64,000 nt of DNA from Nematocida ausubeli (Eukaryota), in assembly GCF_000738915.1 (NCBI RefSeq), contig NW_026515637.1, forward strand, positions 1-64,000, read 5' to 3'. How positions within the stretch are numbered: position 1 is the stretch's first letter; the number at the start of each line of letters is the position of its first letter. Position numbers and translations under genes: made by a program. Below the pieces are notes generated by a model, which was not told where the DNA came from, made no database searches, and saw nothing but the letters and a program-made list of their open reading frames with translations. Shown piece after piece: positions 43,027 through 54,597 of the stretch.

Positions 43027-43617
43027 ATGAATCAAGTGGAGTCTAAAGAAAACACAATCAAGCTATTTGGAAGATACAGTTACGATGATATTGAAGTCAA
43101 CGACATATCCTTAAAGCCATACATTAACGTGCACACACGTGTGTCTGTTCCTCACACAGGAAGCAGCTACTGCAAGAAACAGTTTGCAAAGGCCGGTATG
43201 CCTCTTACCATGAGACTTGCTCACGGACTTATGAGACACGGAAGAAACACAAGCAAGGCATTGCTTGTTCTCAAGGCTGTCAGAGACTCCTTCGTAATCA
43301 TTGAAAGACTTACAAAGAAGAACCCAATCCAGATCCTCGTTGATGCATGCATCAACTCTGGACCAAGGGAGTCTACTGCTAGAGTAGGAAAGGGTGGCTC
43401 TGCAAAGAGATCCTCTGTTGACGTCTCTCCATTAAGAAGACTAAACCTCTCTGTGGAATACCTCACCACTGGAATGAGAAAGGCAGCATTCAAAAACACA
43501 AAGACACTTCCAGAAACAATTGCAGATGAGCTTATCGCTGCATCTAGAGGAAATCCAAACTCATACGCAGTTAAGAAGAGAGATGAAATTGAAAGAGTTG
43601 CTAAGTCCAGCAGATAA
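43027..43617 (+). CDS. RPS5: 40S ribosomal protein S5 (uS7)
   Basis: IKLFGRYSYDDIEVNDISL..YI, PHT, KQFAKA, NPIQILVDA.INSGPRE, VDVSPLRR, ADELIAA..G..NSYAVKKRDEIERVAKSSR. True ATG at 43027; AATAAA overlaps the stop. Confidence 0.96.
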   Translation: MNQVESKENTIKLFGRYSYDDIEVNDISLKPYINVHTRVSVPHTGSSYCKKQFAKAGMPLTMRLAHGLMRHGRNTSKALLVLKAVRDSFVIIERLTKKNPIQILVDACINSGPRESTARVGKGGSAKRSSVDVSPLRRLNLSVEYLTTGMRKAAFKNTKTLPETIADELIAASRGNPNSYAVKKRDEIERVAKSSR

Positions 43618-44866
43618 ATAAACTATTCTTAATATTTGGAAAATACTATTACATGCTGACTGATAATGCTATCTATGAATAGCAAACTGGATGCGGTAGC
43701 AGAGAAAGTCTCTTGCTGTAGCTGTGTGATATACACATAAGGACTATTTTTAGAACAGCAGCCATAGTTATACTCTCTTTACCACTAGGGTTATATTTGT
43801 TTCCTGCCACAGCACACTACAGATTGTTTAAAACCCCTCTGGAGTTGAATGGCTGCAATATAAGCTCAAGAAGTGGTAAAGCTAAACTACTTCAAATGCT
43901 GCGCATTTTATTGCACTTCTGTGCAGCAGTATTTATGCATAGACAGCTTGCTATTTATCTTTCTTGGATTAGCCCGAATACCCAACAGAAATACAGTTAA
44001 AGAAGCACAGTACCATTCTACAAATGCATACGCAAATGTCTAAACTCATGAAATAGCAGTGTTTACTCAAGCTTAATAATAGCACTAAAACTCCTAATGC
44101 TAAATTTTTCTTTTGCGCTATACAGCTACAATGCAGTGAAAAATACGCAGGGCTTAATAGAATGTAGCTTTGTTTTTAGCAGAACTGCATTAAGACATGC
44201 AGGAGAAAGACAATATGGGCTGCTTCTCTTATAGATGCGCCCACGTAACACTAAACTCATGCTGCTCCCAAGACATCTGAATAAGTCATTCTCCTGCTTC
44301 TTATTCAGTTTTTAGTCTTTATGTGACTGCATATGCATATATTTCTTAATATCAATCTAGATTAAGCATGATACAGTATTTTCTACATTATCTTTATCAG
44401 ATATAACCCGAATATAACCAGAATTAGATGAGCTTCTAATGCACAGAATCTAGTAACAAAAAGTTATGAGGACCTACATTGCATTTTAGGAAAGTCTTTA
44501 CACATGCATGCCTAGAAAACTAACAGACTATTTTTCCTGTTCTAAATCAAAGCAATTGGTGAGTTTCTTTTTAAACACCATGTCTCTGCGTTTATTGGCG
44601 CCTTTTATTATTTTCATCTAAATGACATTAATTTCTTTTTATGTACGCATATGCCTGAACATTCAAGATTTTCCTTGATTTTAAAATTCTATCCAATTGC
44701 GTAGTAAAAATGAAAGGACAGTATAGTATTCATGCTTTTCTCAGCTTGGCACACCAGTATAGCACTGTGCTTGCACACGGGTGCTGCACTTGGCACTCTA
44801 GCTCCCACTGGCAGAACCTCTTTTTATACCTAATATAGAATAAATAATATTTGGTTTATTTGTGGT

Positions 44867-45790
44867 ATGTTTGTTTGTTCTTCAAGTGTATCAGAGAGCA
44901 TCGAAAAGTATCGAAGAATAATCACAGACTTGGATGAGATAAAGCTCATACCAAGGGCAGGCATAACCTGCTGCTTCTTAAATGGAAGAGGATTTAAGAG
45001 CGTCCATGAAGTGGGCGTATCGCTACTTTACATTTATATTCTGCTAACTACACAGTCAGTCCCGCTCAAAAACACAGCAATCACTATCATTATATCCTTT
45101 CTATTTACAATATGCATGCATCTAGCTCTGCAGACTAGAAAGAGCAAAGTTTCTACGCTGCTGTGCTCTTTCTTTTGTATTTTAGATCTGTTTACTACTA
45201 TAGATATCGCGCGCAGCCAGTACTCGTCGTATGTATTTGGGGTAGGAATATTCAGTCTTGGGATACTTCTAGTGCTGTACATTGATGGAAGGAAAAGACC
45301 TGGTGTGAAGCAGTGCATGATGAAGGATATTGCTGGTCTGGGGTACTTCCTTGTGCAGTACTACAATGGGAAGCTAGGAACCTATTACCCATACATTATA
45401 TCAGGAATCCTTTCTGTTTGGACCATTATCGATTTGGTTAGGAAGGAGAAAACACCTCTGCTCCCTGGAGTCATTGAGGATGACCAGAGCACAGACTCTG
45501 AGGAGATAGGGCGGAAAAAAAGACCCCGAAGAAAGGCATCCTTGCGCGTATTTGAAAAGGAGGAAGAGGTGCCTATAAAGAAGGCAGCATCAAAACCACA
45601 GAGCGACAAAAAAACAAAGGCAGAACCTTCAAATATCAAGGCAAAGTCAGAACCTTCAAATATCAAGGTAAAGTCAGAACCTTCAAATATCAAGGCAAAA
45701 GCTGATGTCCCAGCCGCTAAAGTAGATACAGCTGTATCCAAGAAAAAGAGGCCTGTTCGAGCTGCTGCAAGAGAGGCCAGAAGTAAATAG
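44867..45790 (+). CDS. Multi-pass membrane protein with basic repetitive C-terminal tail; 5' end uncertain
   Basis: About 5-6 hydrophobic segments followed by a K-rich tail; upstream in-frame coding potential is interrupted by TAA at 44831. Confidence 0.7.
   Translation: MFVCSSSVSESIEKYRRIITDLDEIKLIPRAGITCCFLNGRGFKSVHEVGVSLLYIYILLTTQSVPLKNTAITIIISFLFTICMHLALQTRKSKVSTLLCSFFCILDLFTTIDIARSQYSSYVFGVGIFSLGILLVLYIDGRKRPGVKQCMMKDIAGLGYFLVQYYNGKLGTYYPYIISGILSVWTIIDLVRKEKTPLLPGVIEDDQSTDSEEIGRKKRPRRKASLRVFEKEEEVPIKKAASKPQSDKKTKAEPSNIKAKSEPSNIKVKSEPSNIKAKADVPAAKVDTAVSKKKRPVRAAAREARSK
45617..45697 (+). repeat. Coding tandem repeat, 27 bp x3 (K[AS]EPSNIK[AV])
   Basis: AAG[GT]CAGAACCTTCAAATATCAAGG[CT]A three times. 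Confidence 0.92.
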
Positions 45791-46138
45791 GTCAAAAAAT
45801 AAATAGTTGTTTTGTTATATACCCTGCATATCAGAGTTACATACGTGTACACACTCCAGTGCACAGCGGCATCTCACCTGGCACACACCTCCTTGGTTCT
45901 TTATTGGCACAATTTTGAAAGGTCTTTTCATTCATAAATTTCAGCACTGCTGGGTTCAAAGAAGACCAATTTTCTAAATATCTAGAGCTGTGCAAGAAAG
46001 CAGGACATACTAGCTCTTTTGTAGCATAGTTGGAAAATAAAAATTAAATATGCCATATAAAACTGACTTTCACTATAAATTTATTCTTTAGGCAGGCTTA
46101 ATGCATGTGCGGCTTAAACACACTTACTTTATATGTGA

Positions 46139-48496
46139 TCAGCTTCTTATTTTGGGCTGCATGCGCCTATATGTGTATAGTGATACTGCTATTAGGACTA
46201 TTCCAGGGAAGACCCAGAACTTTAGTATAGACCACATAAGTCTCCATATTGAAATCCCTATAAGCGAGTCTTCATTGTTAAGAACTTCATGAGGGTCACA
46301 ACCCAATAAACCATCACTATAACTGCTTACTCCATTCACTAGTTTTTTTAAATAATGTTTGTGTCTCTTCATATTTAATTCATCTATATCTGCATTCAAT
46401 TCTGAAACCTGATAATTAAAATACCTGTAGAAGTGCGCATACCACTTAGCGAATACTTTATATGATTTAGGCCCAGCTTCAGTTCCCATTGTAAGCATAT
46501 TCAGATATAATGCTACTTTTTCTAAGATCTGATTGAAAAATAATGATGGGTCCAAGAGTATAAATACTCTGGATAGCATAAATACTAGATTAGCAAAAGC
46601 TAATACCATTTTCTTTTTGTTATCGCTAATATTACTAAAAAACATATTAGATTTGTCTATACATTCTCTAATAAGTTCTATATTTTCGCTAGTAAAGATA
46701 CTCATAGAGTAATTGAATTGAGTATCTGCCAATTTAGAATTGGTTGGGATCATATTATTGAATATAAAAGAAGGCACTATCTGGAATATAAATATATATA
46801 ATATACCGATGAGAGAAAATAGCTTTAGCGGGATTGGTGAAAAGTTCATAATAATAGAGTACATGCCTATTATAATGGATGTAAATAATAAAAGGACAAT
46901 TGGTATTGTGTGCCCAATTGTCATTACAGTTGATATACTTTCATCTGTCTGATTCACGCAGATAATATATACTACCACGAATATTACGAAAATAACAGCT
47001 GTACTTTTTAGTAGAACATCAGTAATAATCGCTCCCATAAAGTCCCCTGCTGTAAACTGCTTTCCTTGTATATTACTCCTGCACCGTCTGTTAAAGTCAA
47101 TATCCAACAGTTTACTTGGAAAAATTAAGCCTCCAACACATCCAACCATAAAAATCAATGGATTAAATACGCTTGTAAGAATAGATATCCATGCAGCATT
47201 TGCCATCATTTTATGTACTGAACTTAGATAGACAAAATAGCTCTCCATATCACTGTGTTCAGCTATTCTCTGCTTAGCTAGTTCTAGCGCTTTTGGAATA
47301 AAAATTGCACTACTTACATTAACACCAAGCGCTATACTATAAAAATCATTAATTTTTTTACAATTCCCCAAAAGCGAAAGTTTCCTTATACTAAACATTA
47401 TACTAAACAGTATAGTAAAAAATATACAAAAAACAATAGAGCTCCCTTTGAATAACCTATCCATATATAGCGACCTTTTAAGTATTTCCATAATTCTTGT
47501 GAAGGACAGCTTTAACTGCTTTCTTGTAAATAGAACATTTTCTCCAGCATTCTCTCCGCATGAAGAGTGAAGAATTTCATTTGCCAGTGTGTTGAATATC
47601 TCAATGTTCTTTATATCCGTGTGATTGTCGCTGTTCTCTGCACAGAGCTGCATTAAGTAGTTCACATAAAATGCGTCTGCAGGGAACTCTATTCCCTTTT
47701 CTGTGAAGTACTTCTGTATCTCTCCTGCTGGTCCCGAGTATATAATAGTCGACTTGTGCATAAGAATCACATGGTCAAACCGCTTCATCAGATCCTCGGA
47801 AATCTGGTGCACGGTCACCAAATTTGTGCTCTGCGACTTCTTCATGATGGAAAGAATCACACGCGCCATTTCTGAGTCGAGCCCTGTCAGTGGCTCGTCC
47901 CATATATTCAAGTCCTTCTGTGCAAGCAGGCCTGCAATGACCATGGCTCTTCTTTGCTCACCCCCAGACAGGTTGTTAAAATGCACTTTCTTCACCTTTG
48001 AGATTCTCAGCATTGACATATAGTCGTCTACTTCCTGCACCTTCTTTCCACAGCACTTTGCAATTGAGCAAAGAACATCGTATGCTGGGATCTTTTTGTA
48101 CTCAATCATGCTCTGCTGTGTGTAGTTCACTCGGCTGAACCACTCCTCCGCCTTTCTTTTCTCAAGTACACCGCGCTTCCCCTTAACGTACACCTCTCCG
48201 TATGTTTTGTGCGAGGGACTGCACAGCCCTGCCATTCCGTCCATTAGCGTAGACTTTCCATCTCCACTCAGACCAAGCAGTGCTGTCATTTTCCCCTCTG
48301 GCAGAGAAAAAGAAACTCTTTTGAGTAGAGGCACTCCCTTTTCTGTAACTCGCTCGTACTTGTCCATCTTCATAAGAATGCTGGAAGACTTGCCTTCCTC
48401 TGCAATAGAATTCATTTCTATGTCTTCAATTGGTAAGTTTCCAATGTCAATCTCCGTATGCTCATTCTTCTTATCTGTTATATTTAAATTTTCCAT
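46139..48496 (-). CDS. ABCG (White-family) half-transporter, copy 2
   Basis: Same NBD motifs as copy 1 (near-identical sequence) with a divergent TM domain. First ATG at 48496 (48526 is GTG). Confidence 0.92.
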   Translation of the reverse strand: MENLNITDKKNEHTEIDIGNLPIEDIEMNSIAEEGKSSSILMKMDKYERVTEKGVPLLKRVSFSLPEGKMTALLGLSGDGKSTLMDGMAGLCSPSHKTYGEVYVKGKRGVLEKRKAEEWFSRVNYTQQSMIEYKKIPAYDVLCSIAKCCGKKVQEVDDYMSMLRISKVKKVHFNNLSGGEQRRAMVIAGLLAQKDLNIWDEPLTGLDSEMARVILSIMKKSQSTNLVTVHQISEDLMKRFDHVILMHKSTIIYSGPAGEIQKYFTEKGIEFPADAFYVNYLMQLCAENSDNHTDIKNIEIFNTLANEILHSSCGENAGENVLFTRKQLKLSFTRIMEILKRSLYMDRLFKGSSIVFCIFFTILFSIMFSIRKLSLLGNCKKINDFYSIALGVNVSSAIFIPKALELAKQRIAEHSDMESYFVYLSSVHKMMANAAWISILTSVFNPLIFMVGCVGGLIFPSKLLDIDFNRRCRSNIQGKQFTAGDFMGAIITDVLLKSTAVIFVIFVVVYIICVNQTDESISTVMTIGHTIPIVLLLFTSIIIGMYSIIMNFSPIPLKLFSLIGILYIFIFQIVPSFIFNNMIPTNSKLADTQFNYSMSIFTSENIELIRECIDKSNMFFSNISDNKKKMVLAFANLVFMLSRVFILLDPSLFFNQILEKVALYLNMLTMGTEAGPKSYKVFAKWYAHFYRYFNYQVSELNADIDELNMKRHKHYLKKLVNGVSSYSDGLLGCDPHEVLNNEDSLIGISIWRLMWSILKFWVFPGIVLIAVSLYTYRRMQPKIRS
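47438..48421. repeat. 984-bp near-identical duplicate of 30992-31975 (ABCG NBD block)
   Basis: Collinear and equal in length, from AGAGCTCCCTTTGAATAACC to CATTTCTAT; differences are mostly synonymous. Confidence 0.92.
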
Positions 48497-50546
48497 ATTT
48501 TTTTTTATTTTTGAGTATTTATACACTAGTTTTTATAATTGAATAAATTGATAAACGCTTTAATAAAAAACATTTTAATAATAAATTAATAATCTAGAAT
48601 CTCTTTTATTAGACCCCGTGGATCTATATACTATGGGTCTAGCTATTTTCTGCGTCTAAATGAGGGGAATGTTCTACCCAGAACATAGTGGTCTAAATTA
48701 TAAAGTGTTTATAAATGCCTTGGATTCTTGGGGTATTTTGACATTTTTTCTTTGTATTCAGCGTACTATTGGTGTTTTCTTTCTTTTTATATTTCTTTTG
48801 GAATTATATAAAGATTTCCCTACTCTCTAATTGTATAAACCCTTCCGAATGCATTAACCCGAATAACCCCGAAAATATTGGATTTCTCAGCCTAGAAACA
48901 TAGCAGAAAATTATAGAATATAAAATATGAATACAACGGCATATACGCTTAGAAACGTACATCCATTTAAAAAAAGATAACTGTTGGTTTTCCTTGCCAT
49001 GAGGGCATGAAACCTCTCTCCGGGTCAACAATGTAGATTAGTGTTGCTCATTGCCTTCCGTGATTTGGTTAAAGGCCAACGCTACAAGGAGCTCTACTTG
49101 TTTATGCGTCTATGAACAAGTGATTGAATAAGTAATGTATATTTCTATTTGCTTTAAGTTATCTAGTAGAATTATATTTTCATTGCACCACTTCAATATT
49201 CTTCTCCTGCAGGTCTAACATAGACAGCGAGAAATAAATTATATCTAAATTAGTATGAGTGAGACTAACATTTCGAGGAGGAAAAATAGCTATAACTGTA
49301 ATATAGCCAAAGTACTATAAGACATCTAGCTTTAGTTTATATAGCTGTATTTGAAAAGCCGATATATAGGCTACCACAGCATACATCAAGCAACTTTTAT
49401 ACACAGCTATGAGAAAGCTCTAGCCATATCTAGAGCACACCAGAAGTATTTAACAGAGAATTTAAATATAACTTTCATAGAACATTCATATGAGTGTATT
49501 TTTAGTTAAAAATACTTTTATATCCAGAATAAAATGCTATTTCAATAATTAATTCTATAGAAAATTACTGAATACGGAAACTGTGGTCTTCTTGAATTAG
49601 CACTTTGAGAGCTAAGTTTTCTTCTTTGAAATATTAGACTTAGCCATACTAAAACGAATAATCTATTTTTGTCCTCTGTTTATAAAACTCCTTCAAGGGG
49701 ATATTAAATCTAGGCATAAAGCTTCTAGAAGCTTCCAGAAGAATGCCTTTCATGATATTTTCTTGAGATGGCTAATTATTCGCTCAAGAACAAATAGAAG
49801 GCCAAGAGTATAAGTCATACAAAACTATTGGTGTGTAGACATGAAGAGCCCCTTGCATTATGATGATCTAGCAGGCAAAGTTTTCCAAGTATTCGCTTGG
49901 GATGACAGAATATATTATAGCCTTTGGTACACAGGTAAGGCTACTATGTCAAAAATGTTTAATTTAATCTCCTAACAATAGACTATTTAGCAACATTAGC
50001 CAACCACACACTTCAGGCAGCAGTGTGCCATTTGATTTCTTCTATATATAACTCAAAGTGTAAACCACTTCTGCTATTAAAGCACCCTGATATACAATGC
50101 GAGCCACCAATAGTCACAGAAATAAGAAAAGTTTCTCCCATAAAAAGGCTTTGGTCTGTTCCAAGCATATGCAAGGTACATATAACTTTTTGGGCGTGGA
50201 TTGATTGCTTTAAATTCACCCTAGACATGCCTTTTTCTGCTATATTTCGACCTCTACTGTTTTCTTAAATACACGCATATTTTTACTCTTTTTGCTCATT
50301 TCCCTGTATGAAGAATACTTGGAAAACACAGCAAGAGAGCTCTCTCAAAAACACTTAAGACCTGCTTCTTCTGCACTGCATGATGCAATAAGATATATGT
50401 GATTTTCTGCCAGAGCTAAAATGTCTATACTCACCAAAACAGTGCAATAGATTTTGTGAATTTATTTCACTGCGCATATCTACGCAACTTTATTATAAGC
50501 ATGCTGAAGTGCGAAAATAGTCACTTTATCTTGAATTTATTCTTAT

Positions 50547-50741
50547 TTAGTTAAGCTTTTCGAAACCAATGTCGGTTGCGTACTCTCGGAAACATCTTCT
50601 GCACATCATTAGCTCGTACTGTCTAATAAGTCCTCTTCTTCCCATACATGATCTGCACTGTCTGCTTCCCTTTCCCATGGGTATTTCGCTCTTGTTTAGC
50701 ACTCTTAGTGTGTGTATATCATCTATAACTTGGTTGGTCAT
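50547..50741 (-). CDS. RPS29: 40S ribosomal protein S29 (uS14)
   Basis: [10 protein letters not shown]...[27 protein letters not shown]; upstream T-rich tract plus CCC a few nt before the ATG. Confidence 0.95.
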   Translation of the reverse strand: MTNQVIDDIHTLRVLNKSEIPMGKGSRQCRSCMGRRGLIRQYELMMCRRCFREYATDIGFEKLN

Positions 50742-51314
50742 GCAGGGACTAAAAAATAAAACGAAAATGAAAATAATTCTTCTCTACACAATGCAATGCT
50801 ATTGACAGGCATCTGCAAAAATAACAGATGCACTGCAGCCACTAATATAAAACATGCACTCTGCACCATGCAAGATCTATAGAGCACACTAATCTTGCTT
50901 AGCATGAGAGCAGCTCAATTTCTAATTAATTTTCATATGTAATTGCTTTCTATACAAAACAGTGCAATAGGCTAATATAACCCGACTTCTTTATATTTAG
51001 AAGCTTGCTAGAGAGTCTCTATGCACACTAGAGACCCAAATACTTTTTTACTTAGAGTCAATTTGCTAAGTTCCTGCCGCTGCAAAAATACACAAAATAC
51101 TATATGCTTGGATTCACTTATAATTGGACAAAATATGCTCCTGCATGGAAAGTGTGCAAGTCTACACATCTTTATGCAGCTCTATCCACGGACAAAGAAA
51201 ATAAAATACTGCTTTGCAGCTGCATTTATTGAGAAAGCTCCTATTGCTGTTCTTACTTTTAAAGCAGTACTTTGTTATACTGCTGCACAATTATTTCGCA
51301 CGAACCTTCTATTT

Positions 51315-51581
51315 CTACTGTTTGTTCTTCTGTGCCTCTTCAACGCTGACGCTTCCTCGGTTTGCGCCTAGTATCTTCTTTTTAATGGCCCTTTTAAGAA
51401 GAGAGTACAAGTAGAACATCAGGCATATAATGAGGGTTAGCCCTGCCCAGGCTGCAAACTCTTCGGCATTCAGCGCCTGTATGGGGTCAAGAGAAAGCAT
51501 CTTAAGTAATGAGAAGTGTTTGTCGCCTTTAAACCGGCTTGTCTCGGATGGCGTTGTCCTAATTGTAAACCTTTCAAACAT
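51315..51581 (-). CDS. Small single-pass membrane protein (88 aa), hypothetical
   Basis: ATG start; one clear TM segment (FAAWAGLTLIICLMFYLYSLL) followed by basic KRAIKKK. Confidence 0.5.
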   Translation of the reverse strand: MFERFTIRTTPSETSRFKGDKHFSLLKMLSLDPIQALNAEEFAAWAGLTLIICLMFYLYSLLKRAIKKKILGANRGSVSVEEAQKNKQ

Positions 51582-51697
51582 CCAAGCCTAAACAAATAAC
51601 AATATATTCTAAAATAGCAAGATTGTTTTGTATATGTTTTAAAGTAAGCCTGATTGAATATTCGCTCATATTCGCCTATATATATTTTTATTTTGCG

Positions 51698-52645
51698 ATG
51701 CCCTTCATGAGCACTTTAGAATCTGAGTTAGATATTATACTGGATGACGGAGAAATAGAGGAAATTGGCAAAACATTTGTGCAGGGAAGGTGTGCTCCAC
51801 CCAAGGCTCCGCGCTCTTCCCTCGAGTACGAGGATATTTTTGCATGCGAGCTTAAAAATGAGTTTATGGATCTTCCGACAACCTTTGAGGAAATATTTAA
51901 TAGAGAGGTTTGTAACAGCTCCATCACAAATGGAAAAGTATCCCCGAGATTTGTACAGTCTGCGAAAAGATCGAAGGGTAAGGACAAGTTTTCCCTTCTA
52001 AAGTGTAAAGCAATTTTATCTGATAAAAAAAGAAGATCTTCTGTGTTTCAGGAGGTGGCCCGGAACACATCCAGATCCACAAAGAAATCCGCCGAACTGC
52101 GCCGAAGTAACACAGATTCAGATATAATACAGCACTGGAGCAGGCCCAAAATCATCAGCAAGTCTGAAACACACAGTGGCACAAGCTCCTCGCCCTGCAA
52201 AAGCACCAAAATAAACGCATGCACATATGCATTGCCTGCAATGGGCACAGGCCCATCCGACAGCATTCTCCGGGTTTCAGCAGAAACTGTTGCTTCTCTA
52301 ATAAACACTGCAGGGGTTATTCTCATCGACTGCCGGTTTGAGTACGAGTATACTGGAGGGCACATAAAAACCGCTGTTAACATAACAACCCAGAATGAAA
52401 TGAAGAAGTTCTTCAACGGAATGGTGGCAAGCAGAAAAGACTCATCGCTAATCATCATTCTGTACTGCGAATACTCTTCCGTGCGCGCGCCCCGTCTGGC
52501 AATTTCTCTCAGAAACGAGGACAGGCTTACAAGCACATATCCGCACCTGCGGTTTCCTAACGTGTATGTCATGAGCGGTGGATACCGAGATTTCTACAGG
52601 TCGTACTCTGAGCACTGCGTGCCATGCAGTTATATTCCTATGTAA
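51698..52645 (+). CDS. CDC25: Cdc25/Mih1 M-phase inducer phosphatase
   Basis: LIDCRFEYEYTGGHIKTAVN, active-site loop YCEYSSVRAP (CX5R), YPHLRFPNVYVMSGGY. Start is ATG 51698 or 51707 (51623 is TTG). Confidence 0.93.
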   Translation: MPFMSTLESELDIILDDGEIEEIGKTFVQGRCAPPKAPRSSLEYEDIFACELKNEFMDLPTTFEEIFNREVCNSSITNGKVSPRFVQSAKRSKGKDKFSLLKCKAILSDKKRRSSVFQEVARNTSRSTKKSAELRRSNTDSDIIQHWSRPKIISKSETHSGTSSSPCKSTKINACTYALPAMGTGPSDSILRVSAETVASLINTAGVILIDCRFEYEYTGGHIKTAVNITTQNEMKKFFNGMVASRKDSSLIIILYCEYSSVRAPRLAISLRNEDRLTSTYPHLRFPNVYVMSGGYRDFYRSYSEHCVPCSYIPM

Positions 52646-53799
52646 TATAGTTATTCATTCATTTGCTACTATTTAAAAGATTCTGCATATTATTATCTTT
52701 GTCTAGAACGGCCTTCTGCTGCAGTAGCTACCTGCACACACCTCTTCTGCTATATGCAGATGAAGGCCTAGATGTTCACTTAGATAGGCTACCTAGATAT
52801 GCGATTTCTTCTTGGCTGCAGATAACCCTCGGTTATTTTGCTTCTATTTGCACTGAGCCACTGTAGAATAAATGAATAATGTCGTAGTTTCTATTTCTGC
52901 CTTCAGTCAAAGTTCTACCACCATTTGCTGCAATAACATGCAATAAATGCCCACCCAAAAAATTCTACCGCAGAACACCACTCTTCAACAAATACACCCA
53001 TGCTAGCACAGTGCACATTCAGTCTATTTATACTCTCTATTAGAGACCTCTTTCATTAGCTCTTTTGTAACACTCTTTTGTTAGCAAATCATTCGGGTTA
53101 TATCTAGTGGCACCACTGTCTCTACAGAATGCCTGTGTATATCCATTATATCTATTCTAGTTATATAGATGTTTTGGCACGTTAATCATATTTTTTCATA
53201 CATCAAAGTGATATTTGCACATAAAATAAGCATGCCTTTTAGAAAACGCATGAATACGCACTAATTTGCACGCACTTCTATTATGCAATGCTAAAATGCC
53301 TTCTGCTTGAAAAACACTGTCTTTCTTAGCATTAGATAATTCCCTATACGCAGCATATTGCAAAGAGCACTTAAGCACTGTTAACTTTCACTTAAATATG
53401 CATTTCCATTCTATTGCAAAAACACCATATACATCTTCTCTGCTAGAGCAGCATATTATAGAATAACCCAAAAATATAGATTAATTGTTTGTGCGCATGC
53501 ATACTCTGTGTTTTCTGGCACTCTGCTTGCATTCTGTGCTGACTTATATCTTATCCGTCTATCTGCTCTCTTTTTGTTTCTTTAAATTTTGATTATTATT
53601 AATAATTTATTAAATAGTTTAATTAACTAGTTTCTTCTTTAATCTCCTATTTATTATACGTATTTTACAAATAGACAAAAAATGAAAAGGATTGGCCAGC
53701 AGCCACCTTTCTAGCCATATTTTCACAAATATCCTTTCTACAGTTCTTGAGGGGTGTACTTAGCAGTTAGAGAGTAAATTTTTTATTATTTCAATTCGT

Positions 53800-54597
53800 A
53801 TGGGAAGACCAGAGAACTGTGGAAATAAAGTGTACTACACAGAAGAAATAGCAGAAAAATACGATAATAGCAGTAGTTTGAACAACATACAAAGCAGGCT
53901 TACCCAGAAATGCCTGGATATCTTGGGGAACCCAACAGACTCGCTCATTCTTGATATTGGCTGTGGAAGTGGTATAAGCACTGAACAGATCATTGACGAC
54001 GATAACTATACAATTGGCATTGACATAAGCGTGGATATGCTGAAGCTGGCAAAGAAAAGGATTGGAAACATTACGTATGGAGACCAGCCCGCTGATAACT
54101 TCTGTGACTTTGCTGTTGTTGATATTGGGGAGGGCCTTCCCTTTAAAAGCGCCACCTTTGACTACGCAATTAGCGTGAGTGTCCTGCAGTGGCTGGCAGT
54201 GCAGAAGGACTCTAAAAAGCTACTCAATGCCTTTTTCTTCACTCTGTACGATGCGCTTAAAACAGACGGAATGGCTGTTCTGCAGTACTATCCAGAGTCA
54301 GATAAGCAGATGGAGTCAATTATCATGTGCGCCTCAAAATATGGATTTACAGGCGGCACGCTTGTTGAGAACCAGGACAGCAAGAAAAAAAGAAAAACAT
54401 ATCTCATTCTTGAAATGGCCGGCGCAAAGGGCAAGTCAGTCCACATCAGAGAAAAAAAGAAGGCGCGCACCTTTAAAAAGCCTGTTGCAAATAAAGACCT
54501 ATCCTACAGAGATTGGATTATTCGAAAAAAAGCAAAGAGAGAGGAAAAGGGCCTGGAAGTTCCAAGAACTTCAAAGTACACTGGGCGAAGAAGATAG
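53800..54597 (+). CDS. BUD23: 18S rRNA m7G methyltransferase Bud23/WBSCR22
   Basis: MGRPE, YY.EE.A.KY, ILDIGCGSG, DIGEGLPFK..TFD.AISVSVLQWL, WI.RKK, SKYTGRRR. Confidence 0.95.
   Translation: MGRPENCGNKVYYTEEIAEKYDNSSSLNNIQSRLTQKCLDILGNPTDSLILDIGCGSGISTEQIIDDDNYTIGIDISVDMLKLAKKRIGNITYGDQPADNFCDFAVVDIGEGLPFKSATFDYAISVSVLQWLAVQKDSKKLLNAFFFTLYDALKTDGMAVLQYYPESDKQMESIIMCASKYGFTGGTLVENQDSKKKRKTYLILEMAGAKGKSVHIREKKKARTFKKPVANKDLSYRDWIIRKKAKREEKGLEVPRTSKYTGRRR

Noticed and set aside
3924..44833. Stop-codon reassignment suggested by in-frame TAA/TAG codons
   Set aside because: Conserved genes (RPS5, RPS29, CCT6, Rab11, Bud23) have no internal stops and end at TAA/TAG in the expected positions.
49560..50300. 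Possible relic of a third ABCG membrane domain
   Set aside because: Only a few scattered residues resemble the ABCG TM domain (IGGS..C, LKQ); no consistent frame or order could be established by eye.
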